Assembly: GCA_964016885.1 (NCBI GenBank)
Contig: OZ024741.1
Coordinates: 356,004,001 to 356,068,000 of the forward strand
Source: Eledone cirrhosa
Taxonomy: Eukaryota
Direction of reading: 5' to 3'
Length of the DNA stretch: 64,000 nucleotides
The position numbers and the translations under genes are program-made. Below are positions 35,416-49,149 of the stretch, piece after piece. The notes under the pieces were generated by a model, which worked only from the letters and a program-made list of their open reading frames with translations, ran no database searches and was not told where the DNA came from. Numbering within the stretch: position 1 is the stretch's first letter; the number at the start of each line of letters is the position of its first letter.

Positions 35416-35502
35416 GGGTCCGTCGAGCGGCTGATTATTGAGTCGGGTAGGATCGATACAGATCGAACCTTAAGCTGATCAGTGGCGAAACGCGCGTCAC
35501 CT
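35416..35502 (+). ncRNA. HHR-like fold with non-canonical CCGUCGA core
   Basis: GGGU-CCGUCGA-GC(G)GCUGAU..AUCAGU(G)GC-GAAA-CGCGCG-UC/ACCU; ~160-nt tail then (TA)n. Confidence 0.6.
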
Positions 35503-35653
35503 ATCAATAAATGCAATGAAGGAGTAACCAATCGTCCTTGTTATCCTTTCAATATATTACATTCTGTATAGCTCTACACCTCATCACAGAAGTGAACCTA
35601 AACATCGAGTGCTCTCCCGGGTGAACCTGCAGTAACTCCAAGTTACATTCCTT

Positions 35654-35891
<238 letters not shown>

Positions 35892-36206
35892 TATGTTTTA
35901 TCTAATTTCATTGGTTCCGCAATGTGTTTGTTATCTGAGTTGTTGTAGTAGTTTATGTAGTGAGTAGTTGGTAAACTGTGATGCAGACTTATATGAAATT
36001 AGTAATAGCATTTATGTTAAATGTTATTATTTTTATTAGATTTTTTATTGTATAAGGCATGTATTGCATGTTGAGATTACTCTATTTGAGTTGTGTCATT
36101 GAATCGATAATGTCTTCTGCGGAAGGTTGGCTGTGCCTAGTAGAGCTAGGTGTGTAGTGTTGTGAGCCTTGGTACGGTTTCTATGTTTTGCCCATATATA
36201 TATATA

Positions 36207-36260
<54 letters not shown>

Positions 36261-36280
36261 AAACTTGTTATATATAAATA

Positions 36281-37458
36281 CAGGGTGGGGCATAGGTTTG
36301 GAAGCAAATAAAAATGCTTTTAATAACAAAACTATTATTGACCAACACCATATATGTAATTATATATAAATATCTTTAGAATATAGGGTATAGAGCTTCC
36401 GTCGGATATCTTTCACCGAAGCACGCAACATTTCTTGGGGAATTTCTTTCCAACTACTCAGTAAAGATGCCTTTAAATCATTGATTGTCTTGTGGATTTT
36501 TGAACAGGTTTTTCCTTCAAGGATGGACCATACTGAAAAGTCCATATGGTTCAAATCAGGCAAACAGGGAGGACTTTGACCAGAACCTCGGAATATGGTC
36601 TCTGTGACATTTGCTGTATGGGAGGTGGTACCATCCTGTTGGAAGGTCCACAGATAAACATTGCCAAGATGATTAGTTGCAGAAGCAAGCATAGGCTCCA
36701 GAATACTGTTTATGCAAGATTGGGAATTGATTTTTGTCCTTTCTTCCACAAAAATGAGAGGTGAGTTTCAAGATGATGAAACAGTCCTCCAGACCATAAC
36801 AGATGCTGGTTTCATTATATGGAATACAGATTTTTTTGGTTATCACTGATTGCTGATGCTTTTTTCCAATGACTCGATCATTTCTTTGGTTGTGTGTCTG
36901 CTCAAGAGTGAAATTCTTTTCATCTGACCAGACAATTTCCCCCACCATGCCACGTTTCATTTCTTTAAGCAAATTCTTGCTTCTTTCTAGCCTTTTTTGT
37001 CTTGTCCTTTCAGAAAGGGTTTGTCTCTTCTGAGGCATTCCTAACTCATCATTGATGATCCTTCTCATTGCCCTAGGGCTTACCCGGATCTCTTTTGCCA
37101 TTTTTCTCATGGACCTTTTCGGATTTCTCCTTTCTCAAACGGCTTTAATGAGAGTAGGAGAACGTTTAGTTCGCGGTCTTCCACTTTTGTGTCAATCCAA
37201 TAAATCTCATTGCACTTTAAAACACTTCACAGCTTTCCAAACAGTAGATCTTGCAACCAAAAGTAACTTAGCAATATCCGAATCTGACCTCCCTGCGCGA
37301 TGAAGTTTGAGTATCCTTTCTCTATTGGATCACATTTTCAAATTCTTTAAGAAATTCAAACAAACTCCAATATGTTTACATAGACTATGTTTTAACCAGA
37401 AAATAAAAGAGAATTAATGATATACTTACATCATTTTTAGAAATCCTTCCAAATCTGC
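36281..37458 (-). mobile_element. Decayed Tc1/mariner-superfamily transposon (maT/DD37D-like)
   Basis: IVWSDEKNFTLEQTHNQRNDRV, FQQDG, PDLNHMDFSVWSILE, HTH MRKMAKE; begins TA|CAGGGTGGGGC. Confidence 0.85.
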
Positions 37459-37489
37459 ACATATATTCAAAGTTGGGCATGGGTGGGAC

Positions 37490-38530
37490 CCTGATCAACT
37501 TAGATCAATCGAAAGCTTTCGATAGGATCGACCATCAGTACTTAGCGGATGTCCTCGTGGTTTCGGTCCTGTTTTCAAGGAATGAATCGCTCCAATGTAC
37601 AGTGACATCTGCTCTGTGGTCAGAGTAAATGACCACTTATTGGAACCCTTCAGCATCATGCACTTGATCCGTCCAGGTTGCCCCCTTTCGTCTCTTCTAT
37701 ATGTACTGATTCTAGAGCTACTACTACAGAAACTAGAGACGTTGAGGAGCATTCAACACAAACTAGGATGTAGAAGAGCCGTGTTTGCATAAGCGCTGAT
37801 GGGCACCATTCTAAATGTGTATGAGGTGGTGGCAGGAGCGAAAATCCACCAGAAAAGTCGGTAGTCCTGCAGTTCGGCCTCTGGAAAGATGGGTTCATGC
37901 CACCCACATAGTCGAGAGGTTCTGGACTGACGGTTCAGTTGAATTGCTAGAGGTGTCCAGATCTCTAGATGGACAAGAACTGGGATGCTGTAACTAGTAA
38001 CCAGTCTCTTCAAGAAATGTCGGGTAGAGGTGGAAAATGCTTACGCTACCTCCGTCATCTACATTTGACCGTCGTGCCTTGGTCGAGTTCAGGTCTGACG
38101 GGAATACTGCGTCTACTTTTCGTTTTTGAGGAAAGGGTGCGTTCTGCAGGCCAGGCGAACCATTTGTTGTCAACACCCACTGCACGGAGGACTAAGCACG
38201 TCATGGCTGATTATGTGCAGGGATACGACATCTCCGGCGTTTCCTTATTGGTAAATAGACAGGCTTGACCGATACAGGTGGTGGGAGACGAAACTGTTCT
38301 GAACGCATTCTTTCATCGTCCGGACATTACTGACCTGTGGAGTTGTGTTCCATGTACGACAGATCTGGTTATCGGCCATGTCCATTGTGAAGATCGCTCC
38401 ACTGCCCTCCTTTAACGAGGAAGGGCAGGAAGCTTTTCTCTTGTGGCCATAGCAAAAGAAGTCGTGAACTGGACAAGATTGAGAGGACTGGAGATCATCA
38501 CTTTTATGAAGCTCTCATCAACCTTTTCAA
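37490..38530 (+). pseudogene. Decayed L1/Tx1-like LINE RT fragment
   Basis: LDQSKAFDR, GCPLSSLLY; similar to 40505-41990. Confidence 0.7.
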
Positions 38531-38771
38531 ACACGTCTCTCAATTTTATGAAAAAAAACAACAAAATAACATGACGCACGAAAAAGATTCGTCCACCGGA
38601 GAGAACATCCAGCTATTCACAAAATGGATAGCCAAAGTTCAACAAGTTTTGAAGACATCAGCAGCGGCAACAACAACAAATACAAAGCATGAGAAACAAG
38701 TGAAAATTATAATGATTTCTGTTCTAGGCACAATGCCAGCAATTTTGGGAGAGGGGAAAGTCGATACTGGT

Positions 38772-38909
38772 GCTTTATTTCATCGACCCCGTAAGGATGA
38801 AAGGCAAAGCTAGCCTCGGTGGGATTTGAACTCAGAACGTAAAGGACCATGCCTCTCTGCCACGAAGCAGGGTGTCCGACTCTCTACCGATACTGCCAAT
38901 CCACCGCCC
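38772..38909 (-). mobile_element. Nin-type SINE
   Basis: Reverse complement of SINE head and Nin core. Confidence 0.75.
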
Positions 38910-40504
38910 TTTGTGAAAATTATAATATTGATTTCTTACCGCCGCTACTACCACCACCAAAACAACAACAAACAAAAAATACAACCAAAAACAACAACAA
39001 TATTAGTACCAACAGCGCTACCACCTCCAGCACTACTAGTACAAGAAATATAACAGAAACAAACTACAAAAATAGCATTGATAAGTACAATAACGACAAC
39101 ACAAACGGCAACAACAACATGAACAACAACAGCAAAATATTTGCAGTAATGGCTGCAAAAGCGGCAAAACTCTGCAACTTCGACATAGTAGGAAAAGTGT
39201 TTTGTTTGACACAAGCGACCAAGCAAATCAAATTAGGGAAAACCTAGTCCGACGTAGCCGTTGACAACTGCCAAAAAGACTCATATACAGATGTGCCTCT
39301 AAAGGCGAGATGAACTGTGGCAGCACCACAAGTAGAAGAAAGAGCAGTGAAGTAGATAATGCCGGACATCCGGCATATCGCAAGAGTCAGGCAATTTGGA
39401 GGCATTTCATTGCTCTTTAAAAGTGAATCCCTAGCTGTTAAGCACATTGAGGTTCCTAGTCGAAGTAGTCAATACCGTCTTAATCTTTTGAATTTAGGGG
39501 AAATAATGGTGAAGTAAAGGGATTTCTGGAACCCCACCTACGTTGGACATCAGTGGATCCTAACCTTTGTGTTCCTAGAGGGTAGTGACATTCACCTCGA
39601 AGGGAAGCGAACCCGGCGCGAAAACTCGTCTAGAATAAGCGTGGAAGTGCTCCTCGACACCAAATAGGATCGACAAGATCCCAAACCTCTTTCGTTTACC
39701 GGGTGGAATAGAACTCAATGCCGTAGTTGAGGAGAAAACGCCTTGCTGCTACTGTGAAGTGAAACAAACAGTTTTCAGTCTTTGAGACCCACAGAAACCG
39801 CTTGTTGCCACCACCGGGGCCCCAAGTTGCAACCCAACAACCAACTACGGGAGCAGCAACAGTATTAATAGCAGTCAGAATAAAATCAACATCTACAGCA
39901 ACAGCACCAATAACACCAACAGCAGAAGCACCAGAACCACCACAACCAACGACGTTGACAGAGAAAAATCAATGAAGAAGTCCCCTCAGGTTTTCTCCCA
40001 ATCCAGCTATCCTTCTCTCTCTCTCCTCCAAAGAAACACATACACATAAACACCCATACGAACACGCTCCCAACCTCGTCGGATTTCTCAGGTACGAATA
40101 CCTCCTCATCTCGCAGTGGAGAGGAGGGGAAACACAAAATGCCCCCAAAAACAAAAAACTAAAAATGTTCTAAATGCACCAAATACAGACAAAACTACAA
40201 AAGTACCCATCACCCACCCTTTCATACACACACTACTACCGCCACTATCACCAAACCCTCAAGAAAATGACCGCTACCACCACCAATAGCAACACTACCA
40301 CAACTATCCACAAAAATATACACACGAAAGATTCACATGTACAGGCACAGAAACAATCAACCACACATACTCAGACCGAACTTTGTGTCGAGAGGAGAGC
40401 AAACGAACAACTGATGACCCAAGTAGCACCAAGCAAAAACATAGAAACAGAGACGGAGATTTTTGGCACTAACAGCTTCAAGGTACCATAAAAACTAAAA
40501 ATTG

Positions 40505-42210
40505 TACTCTGATCAATTTAGATCAATAGAAAGCTTTCGATAGTGTCAACCATCGATACCTGTAGGTTATCCTCAAGGCAGCTGGCTTCGGTCTCGTCTT
40601 CAGAGACTGCATCGCTGCAATGCATAATGGCATCTGCTCGGTGGTCAAAGTTAATAGCCACCTTTCGGAACCTTTTCAGACTTCCTGATCGGTCCACAAG
40701 GGTGCCCTCTCTCGCCCCTTCTGTACATGTTGACACTCGAACTGTTGCTGCGGAAGCTGGAGCTGTTGCAGGGCATCCTGCTTGAACTGGGATGCTGAAA
40801 GGCTGTGTCGGCATATCCGGATATCACCGTAATGGTGTCGGACACCTCAGAAATCAAGGTGGTCGGCACTTTACTGGAGGAATATGAAAGGTTGACGGGA
40901 GCAAAACTAAATCCGAAAAAGTCGGTGGGCTTGCAGCTCGGCACTTGGAGAGGCAAGTCCATGCCGTCCAACAGCGTCATAGGGCGCTGGACGGGTGAAC
41001 TGGTAAAGTTGCTTGGGGTTAGGTTAGGACCAGACCTCCAGGTGGATAAGATTTGGGACGAGATTACGATCAGAGTAGCCACTCTCATCTAGAAATGGGC
41101 CGAGAGGAAGCTGTCCCTCAAAGGTCGAGCGAAGGTCGCGAACGCGAACATCGCGTCTGTCATCTACTAGCGCCTGACCCTTGTTCTTTGTCCCTAAGAC
41201 TCACCTGACTGTACTGAAACGTTTGTTCTTTCGATTTTTGTGGAAGGCACGCACCCCAATGGTCATGGGTACATCTGCTGTCAGAGGGCTGGGGAAAGCT
41301 GTGGCTGATGATGTGCAGACATGCGCTCAGCTACGGCATCTTCACCTCTTCCTCGACGGTGAACAGGTGTGGTCACCGTTTGGTTGGTGCGTTTTTCTCC
41401 TTGGGGAGACTCTGGGGGTCGACTAAAATCAACTAGCCAATCTCTTCGGGAGAACTTTCGAGCTAGGGACCATGGACAATTTCCAGAAATCCCTGGCCTG
41501 GCAGTGCTACCGAGGAGCTTTGCCAGTTCAGGATAAACTCTACAGGCATGGAAATGCTGCCAGCCGGGCCTGTCCGAGATGCGCGCAGGGCGACGAAACC
41601 GTCCTGAACGCACTCGTCCAATGTCTGAGCATTGCTGACTTGTGGGTTTATGTCGAACACCTGCTGTCGCGTGTAGGGCGGATCCGGCTATCAGTTGAGT
41701 CCATCGTGAGGATTGCCCCGCCGTCTTCCTTTAGCCAGGAAAGGCAGGAAGCTTTTATCTGCCTGGTGGCCATGGCGAAGAAGATCGTGTGGTGGACGCG
41801 TTTGAAAGGGGTGAAGACGATCACTTACCTCTTCGGTGATGCCCAGATTAACTTTTTCAAATTTCATTTGGAAAGGAAAATCAGGGTGGAGAGGGAAGTG
41901 CTCTCTTCCCAGCAATTTGTTGAAAGATGGGTGAGAGAGGAAAGCATGGCCCGAGTGAATGGGCCTACTCTGAGTATGTGCCTATAAATTGAAGATGGAA
42001 AACTGGGAGAGGGCACTTGCCCTGGTGATCAGGGTCACCGTGGCTTTTTTAATGGGCTTTCTCCACGAGTATCCCTTGGAAGTCTCCCCCTTTATTAGGG
42101 AATTTTTCTTTGTATTTTTTTCTTTTTACACGCATTTGTACCGTCCTGTGCCGTCCTGTGATGTCGTTAATGTTATAACTTATGTCAACCCTCGTGGTTA
42201 ATAAAGAAAA

Positions 42211-42240
<30 letters not shown>
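40505..42240 (+). mobile_element. 5'-truncated L1/Tx1-like LINE (RT plus zf-RVT C-terminus, 3' UTR, (TAT)n tail)
   Basis: LDQ*KAFDSVNHRYL, GAKLNPKKS, KLSLKGR, W..YRGALPVQDKL...ACPRCAQGDETVLNALVQC; AATAAA at ~42200. Confidence 0.82.
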
Positions 42241-42242
<2 letters not shown>

Positions 42243-42262
42243 GACTAGTTATCACACACATA

Positions 42263-42457
42263 GTTAATAATTGTTTCTACTTTATACACAAGGCCAACAA
42301 TTAACCAGTACATTACTGGTACTTTATTTTATCGACCCCGTAAGGATGAAAGGCAAAGTTAACCTCGGCGGGATTTGAACTCAGACTGTAAAGGGACGTA
42401 ACTATGCTAGAAAGCATGGTGTCCGACCCTCTACCGATACTGCCAATACACCGCCCC
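42263..42457 (-). mobile_element. Nin-type SINE
   Basis: Full-length reverse-complement copy. Confidence 0.85.
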
Positions 42458-42518
42458 ATAGTTAATAATAGTTGATAACTCTCATCTGATAACTCTCTTT
42501 CATACTGTGGCACTAAGA

Positions 42519-42519
<1 letters not shown>

Positions 42520-42609
<90 letters not shown>
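42520..42609. repeat. (AGT)n microsatellite
   Basis: Direct reading. Confidence 0.95.
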
Positions 42610-43654
42610 TTTATAGAGTTAGGACTTTATCTGTGGAATGCTCCTAGTTTGGGGGTTGAGTGTGAGATTCGGTAGTGATAATGAGAAGAGAAGAAATGGT
42701 TGTTGTTTAGCCCAGGTTAGCACTGATCAAGTAGATCTGTTATTAAAAGGAATTGCAGATGTGACCATCCCATCTTTTGAGCTTTTGTGGTTTTTTTCCA
42801 ATTCATTGTATCTACGACATCATCACCCAATGCACCCTCCTTTTTAAAAATAAAGACAGTAGAGCATATTATTAGAGAGATTTGGCTGTTATTTCTAACA
42901 GGTGGAGCAGTCATGTAGAGATGTCTTTGTTGGAGAAGTGGATGAAACAAATGCACAATTGCAAAGGTGATATGCAACTTTCTAGTTAAGAGGAGAATAA
43001 CATGAATCCCCTAATAACTATATTTTTTTCCCCAAACTACCAAAACTCACATCTATTTGTATATGCGCTACAATTTATGTACATGCTATGTTTATCCCAT
43101 ATCTAAGTTTTTTATATCTTGGTTGATATTTCATAACAAGCTAAACTAATTACTACAACTAAATTGACCAAATTCCGCCCCCGCTCCCCATCCAATTCAG
43201 AAATGCTTCCATCACTCCTTGATTCATGCATATTATCCAGCATGTTTAATTCATTTCTCTCAACCATTTGCACATCCTCTTCTCTCCATTCAATGCTTAT
43301 GTTTATAATTAGTCACACAAAGACCCTTCTCATATATTTTTGGCAGTCAGCACTGATTATTTCTTCAAACATGTTCATCAATTAGGTTACTGGTATGCAT
43401 CAATGATCAGCATTCATATATATTAGTATGCCTGTTATATTTTATAGCTTCCGGAGTTATCAATATAATAGAGACAATGTGGTTGGCTAATGAGACAGAT
43501 GAATGATGTCTTCTTAACTGGCTAACTAGAACTATAACAATAGAAATGAAATACTCGGAATAGTAGCCATCATATCAATTGTCAATACCACCACCACCAT
43601 TTTCACTTTTAGCTTCCTCCTATCATCATAATTCTCATATACATTATTGTCACC

Positions 43655-43862
43655 TGGATTGGCAGAGCGTCAGATACCATGCTTTGCAGCATAGAGTTAT
43701 GGCCCTTTCCGTTCTGAGTTCAAATCCCGCCGGGGTAAGCTTTGCCCTTCATCCTTATGGGGTCGATAAAATAAAGTACCAGTAATGCACTTGGGTTGAT
43801 TTAATCGACTTTCCCATCTGCTTCAAATTGCTGACCTTGTGCTTAAAGTAGAAACAATTATT
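43655..43862 (+). mobile_element. Nin-type SINE
   Basis: B box and Nin core; gtagaaacaattatt tail. Confidence 0.8.
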
Positions 43863-43974
43863 GTCACCATATTTTATACTTATGTGATGCTCTAAAGAGA
43901 AGTTCATTGAGCTTTTTACTGAGAAACATTATTTATATATATTCTGTAAAGTGGTCATGTAGGAAACACAGCAA

Positions 43975-44163
43975 AAGGCACCTAGCACACGCTGTAAATG
44001 TGGTTGGCGTTAGGAAGGGCATCCAGTCGTAGAAAACCAGCCAGAAACAGTCCTATACGAGCGAGACAGTCACCCGACCAAACTTGCCTCAAATGGGACA
44101 AACCCGTCTAACCCATGCTAGCATGGAAGATAGACATTAAATGATGATGATGATGATAATGAT
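43975..44163 (+). mobile_element. CORE-type SINE 3' part with (ATG)n tail; other copies at ~47005-47200(-) and ~47420-47480(+)
   Basis: gttggcgttaggaagggcatccagtcgtagaaa core; aacccatgctagcatggaa..atgatgatg. Confidence 0.7.
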
Positions 44164-44223
44164 ATAGAAGATTGATTTAAAAAAATTCTAATCGCAGCTG
44201 CAACTTCGATTTTACTCACTATT

Positions 44224-44274
<51 letters not shown>

Positions 44275-44424
44275 AAAAAGAGATGAAATCGAAAATGCAA
44301 CTGGAGTCTTATTTTTTTTAAAAATATATATATTTATTTGGTTCCTTTACTGGTTTCGCAGTTCTTCTGCTTTTCAAAAGGTGAGTTGAGATGGAGGGTC
44401 TGTGGTTTTTCTCACATATATATA

Positions 44425-44875
44425 CAGAATAGAAAACGAAAAATCAGTGATGCATCTAAACTCAATTTATTGTGTGTTACAATTGTTTCGCCGGCGGACA
44501 GCTCGAGACGCGATCATTGTGTGGATCTGTCTGATTCTGGACCCGCAGGTTCGACGTACTCGTCTAAATTTCGGAGCATATCCTCTCACTGAGAGAGAAT
44601 ATTATTTCGGAGCATATTCTCTCATATGTGAGAGAATATGCTCCGAAATCATTAGACGTGTCCGTCGAACCTGCGGGTCCAGAATCAGACAGATCCACAC
44701 AATGATCGCGTCTCGAGCTGTCCGCCGGCGAAACAGTTGTAACACACAATAAATTGAGTTTAGATGCATCACTGATTTTTCGTTTTCTATTCTATCATAC
44801 TCTGCTCTGTAGGATCATAGAGTGCTCAACCAGCATACCGCCTATGGAAGCATCTCAGCTACCATCAGACACACA
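44425..44875 (+). mobile_element. Fold-back pLTR element with HHR-like CCGUCGA core (44658-44745+; inverted copy ~44474-44562)
   Basis: Palindrome 44425-44795; GUGU-CCGUCGA-..CUGCGG..CCGCCGG..-GAAA-CA(A/G)UUG-UA/ACAC. Confidence 0.75.
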
Positions 44876-45322
44876 TATATATATATATATATATCATCAT
44901 CATCTTCATTTAACGTTCATTTTAATATATTTAATGTTAAACAATGAAAGAATAAAACAAGGTGAAATAGTTAATTAATCCATTGCTTTACAATTGGAAT
45001 AAATGTGGTTGTTCAAGGCTAATTGTATTGAGTTGCATAACTGCCATTGATTAGTCTGCACATCAATGATTTTACTCTCTCTAATGATTCTAAAACAATG
45101 GATTAATTTACTCCTCTAGTTCGTCTTATCCTTTTATAGTTTAACATTATATATCTGGCTCTGTAGTTTTGAATATTCATCACCATATATGGCGATATGA
45201 TCTTTCCACAGAAACAACTTTCGCTTTGCTTCAGTGGGATATTCACATAAATACTACATCAAATTCTCAAATGGTTATAATTCTTACCTGGATTGGATAG
45301 AACATATACACACACATATATG

Positions 45323-45560
<238 letters not shown>

Positions 45561-45596
45561 AGGATGATGATGATAATGGTGATGATATACATATAC

Positions 45597-45654
<58 letters not shown>

Positions 45655-45655
<1 letters not shown>

Positions 45656-46148
45656 GGTTTGTTGGTTCACCACTGGATAGAACTGGTCATTCCGTATGGT
45701 CAATCTCGATGTAATATTATGGAGAGCACTCAACGTAATGCAACTCATCCGTCTTCGTTTGTGTCGTTGGTGGTGCGAGTACGGAGTTAATTATTATAAA
45801 ATAACAGGAGGCTGGATTGGTGTAAATCCTTGAAAGGTTTATTATATTATGATCATATCTATGACCGGGTTCAGTATGAATCCGGTGATATCATCAGGTA
45901 TTCAAAATATATCAAAGGAATATAACAGATAAAATCCATGGGGCTGAAAATCAGAGACAAGAGGACGACCGACTATTTATCAGCTTCTACCTCAGTCGGC
46001 CGCCCCCGAGGGATTTTATCTGTTCTATTCCTTTGTTATATTTTGAATACCTGATGATATCACCGGATTCATACTGAACCCGGTCATTGAAATGATCATA
46101 GTATAATAAACATTTCAAAGATTTACACCAGTCCAACCTCCTGTTATT

Positions 46149-46155
<7 letters not shown>
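45655..46155 (-). mobile_element. Fold-back pLTR element, same family as 31712-33165
   Basis: 45655-45790 resembles the reverse complement of 33020-33165; 45793-45935 inverted at 46015-46155. Confidence 0.78.
46047..46104 (+). ncRNA. Type I HHR, canonical core
   Basis: AUAC-CUGAUGA-uaucACCGG..CCGGUcauu-GAAA-UGAUCA-UA/GUAU. Confidence 0.72.
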
Positions 46156-46218
<63 letters not shown>

Positions 46219-46356
46219 GATGATGACGATGGCGATGATATATATATATAGATATATATGTGTGTGTGTGTGTGTAAATCCTGAATAAAATCAGGGAGCA
46301 ACCACAGTTAAAAACGTTACTCAATACATAAGTAGAGTGTAAGCATCATTATTTAA

Positions 46357-46910
46357 TATAATTGTTTCTAATATTGGCACAAGGCCAGCAATTACTCCAG
46401 TATATTACTGGTGCTTTATTTTATCGACCCCGTAAGGATGAAAGGCAAAGTTAACCTCGGCGGGATTTGAACTCAGACCGTAAAGGGCCGTAACTCTGCA
46501 AAGCATGGCGTCCGACACTCTACCGATATTGCCATTAATATAATTGTTTGTACTTTTTGACACAAGGCCAGCAATTACCCAGTGCATTACTGGTACTTTA
46601 TTTTATCGACCCCGTAAGGATGAAAGGCAAAGTTAACCTCGGCGGGATTTGAACTCAGACCGTAAAGGGCCGTAACTCTGCAAAGCATGGCGTCCGACCC
46701 TCTACCGATATTGCCATTAATATAATTGTTTGTACTTTTTGACACAAGGCCAGCAATTACCCAGTGCATTACTGGTACTTTATTTTATCGACCCCGTAAG
46801 GATGAAAGGCAAAGTCAACCTCGGCGGGATTTGAACTCAGATCGTAAAGGGACGTAACTATGCTGGAAAGCATGGCGTCCGACCCTCTACCGATACTGCC
46901 AATTCACCCA
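46357..46910 (-). mobile_element. Three tandem Nin-type SINEs (182-bp period)
   Basis: Direct repeat of reverse-complement SINE. Confidence 0.85.
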
Positions 46911-47895
46911 TTAATATAATATTGCTTCTACAGGGCTAGAACTGTTTCATTCGTATGAAACAGTTCTAGTCCTCTAAAAGCCATTTCTGTATTAAGTAAT
47001 GATATCATTATCATCATCACCGTTTTACGTCCGTTCTTCCACTCTAGCATGGGTTAGATGGGTTGTCTTGTTGTGGGCAGTGTCCGGTCGGCTGACCTTG
47101 TCTTGCTTATACGGGAACTGTTTCTGGCTTGATTTCTACAGCTGGATGCCCTTCCTAACACCAACCTCATTTACAGTGAGTGCTGGGTGCTTTTTTTCCG
47201 TGGCGCCTCCACGTCCACTTTATAGTGTGGGCTGGGGGCATAAGAGGAATCAGATGCAGTATGAAAGACAAAGGATTGTGTTGTTATGGACACATAATGC
47301 ATATGGATGATAGTTGTTGAGTGAAGACATGTGAAGAATTACCAGTGAAAGGAAGTTGCATAAGAAGAAGACCAAGAAAAACCTCACAGAAGGAATGCAA
47401 TAAATGGAGGGAAGCTGTGATCTAGACAACCTATCCAACCCATGCAAGCATGGAGAAATGGATCTAAAAATGATAATGAAAGTACACAGTTAACTCCTAC
47501 AGTCTTACTCTGTATAGAGTACAGTTTAACGGCAACTGCTAAAGGGTTAAAACAGTTGACTTCTACCTCTAAGACTTTTTTCTTCGCTTCATTACCTATG
47601 ACTAGCAGAAAACCACCCTACGGGTGGTTTTCTGCTAGCATGTGTAGTGTGTATATTGATATGATACACAAATATATATGCATGTAAATATGATACATCA
47701 AATAAAATTGTAATTGACAATATACACAGAAATTGAACAAAGCCTATGTTACACTGTCTTCTGTAATCAGTAATCCATGATATATTAAAAAAAAAAGACA
47801 TTATATATAAACTGCATTAGGAGAAAATTAGCGACGGAAATATATGCGATTATAAGTGTTATAATATAACGGCCGCTAACCGGAAGTGTTGACAT

Positions 47896-48124
47896 TTGAT
47901 AATTTTAAAGAATTGAATTTTAAAGATCTTTAAATAAGCTATAAAATATATTTAAGCAACAGCCACGTAATTTAGCACATAAATTATGTAATATTCATTC
48001 ATTATTTATTCAAAGTAATGAATGAATATTACATAATTTATGTGCTAAATTACGTGGCTGTTGCTTAAATATATTTTATAGCTTATTTAAAGATCTTTAA
48101 AATTCAATTCTTTAAAATTATCAA
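47896..48124. repeat. Perfect ~109-bp inverted repeat abutting a SINE
   Basis: 47896-48004 versus 48016-48124. Confidence 0.9.
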
Positions 48125-48316
48125 GGGCGGTGGATTGGCAGTATCGGTAGAGGGTCGGACGCCATGCTTTCCAGCATAGTTACGTCCCTTTACGATCTGA
48201 GTTCAAATCCCGCCGAGGTTGACTTTGCCTTTCATCCTTACGGGGTCGATAAAATAAAGTACCAGTAATGCACTGGGTAATTGCTGGCCGTGTGCCTAAA
48301 GTAGAAACAATTATTT
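48125..48316 (+). mobile_element. Full-length Nin-type SINE with TSD
   Basis: attatttattcaaagtaat at 48001 and 48310. Confidence 0.88.
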
Positions 48317-49149
48317 ATTCAAAGTAATCCAACTTATTTTACAAACGGGGTAAAAAAATATATTCTGGACGCAATCACGCAGACCTTCCTTTATTATAGT
48401 TAAGATTGATTGATTGACAGCATATTTAGAGCCTCGGACAAAATGCTTTGCGGTATTTAGTTGCGTCTTTCTATGTTCTGAGTACCAATCCCTTTGAGGT
48501 TAACTTTCACTTTCATTCTTCCAATATAATTCTTCTTCTTCTAAATTCCTGGCATTGCATCTATTATTATTAAATTGATACAATTTTTAAACTCCTAACC
48601 CTGCTTGTTATTTCAGAGAACAGTAACACCAATGAATACATCTCCTTGGCATTTTTTATGCTAGCGGGTTCTCTATTTAATACTGCTTCTAGTGGTGATT
48701 TTATTTTGACTTCGGAATTATTTCCTACAGAAATACGGTAAGGAGTGTCGATTAGGATAAATATTTGTTTATAATGTAGAAGAAAAGCGTGGGTGGTGTA
48801 ATCTCATCATTCTATGGCTAATGGGGAACAGAAAAACTCAAATTTGAAATTAGAAATACTAGAAAAGTAAATTTATATTCAAATCGATAAGTAAATTTCT
48901 ACTTTACAGTGGACTCGTATGTTACGCGGTCAATTAGTTTCCCTCAAATCCCTGCGTTATTCAAATTCCGCGTATGTTCAAGACCTTTATGTAAGTGTCT
49001 TTGTGCGTTGCTGTTTGGGAGAAGATATAATGTTAGCTCACTCTGGAAGTTGGGACTCTTCGAAGTAAACAGTCACCATTAATAATAATTATATTGACCC
49101 TATTTATTGTATTTGAATCTAATTCAGTGTATGTTTAGAGTACTTATCT

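Noticed and set aside
38849-40491. Asn/Thr/Gln-rich ORFs as host genes
   Set aside because: Low-complexity AAC/CAC sequence between LINE fragments; probably decayed LINE ORF1/UTR, with no domain or splice evidence
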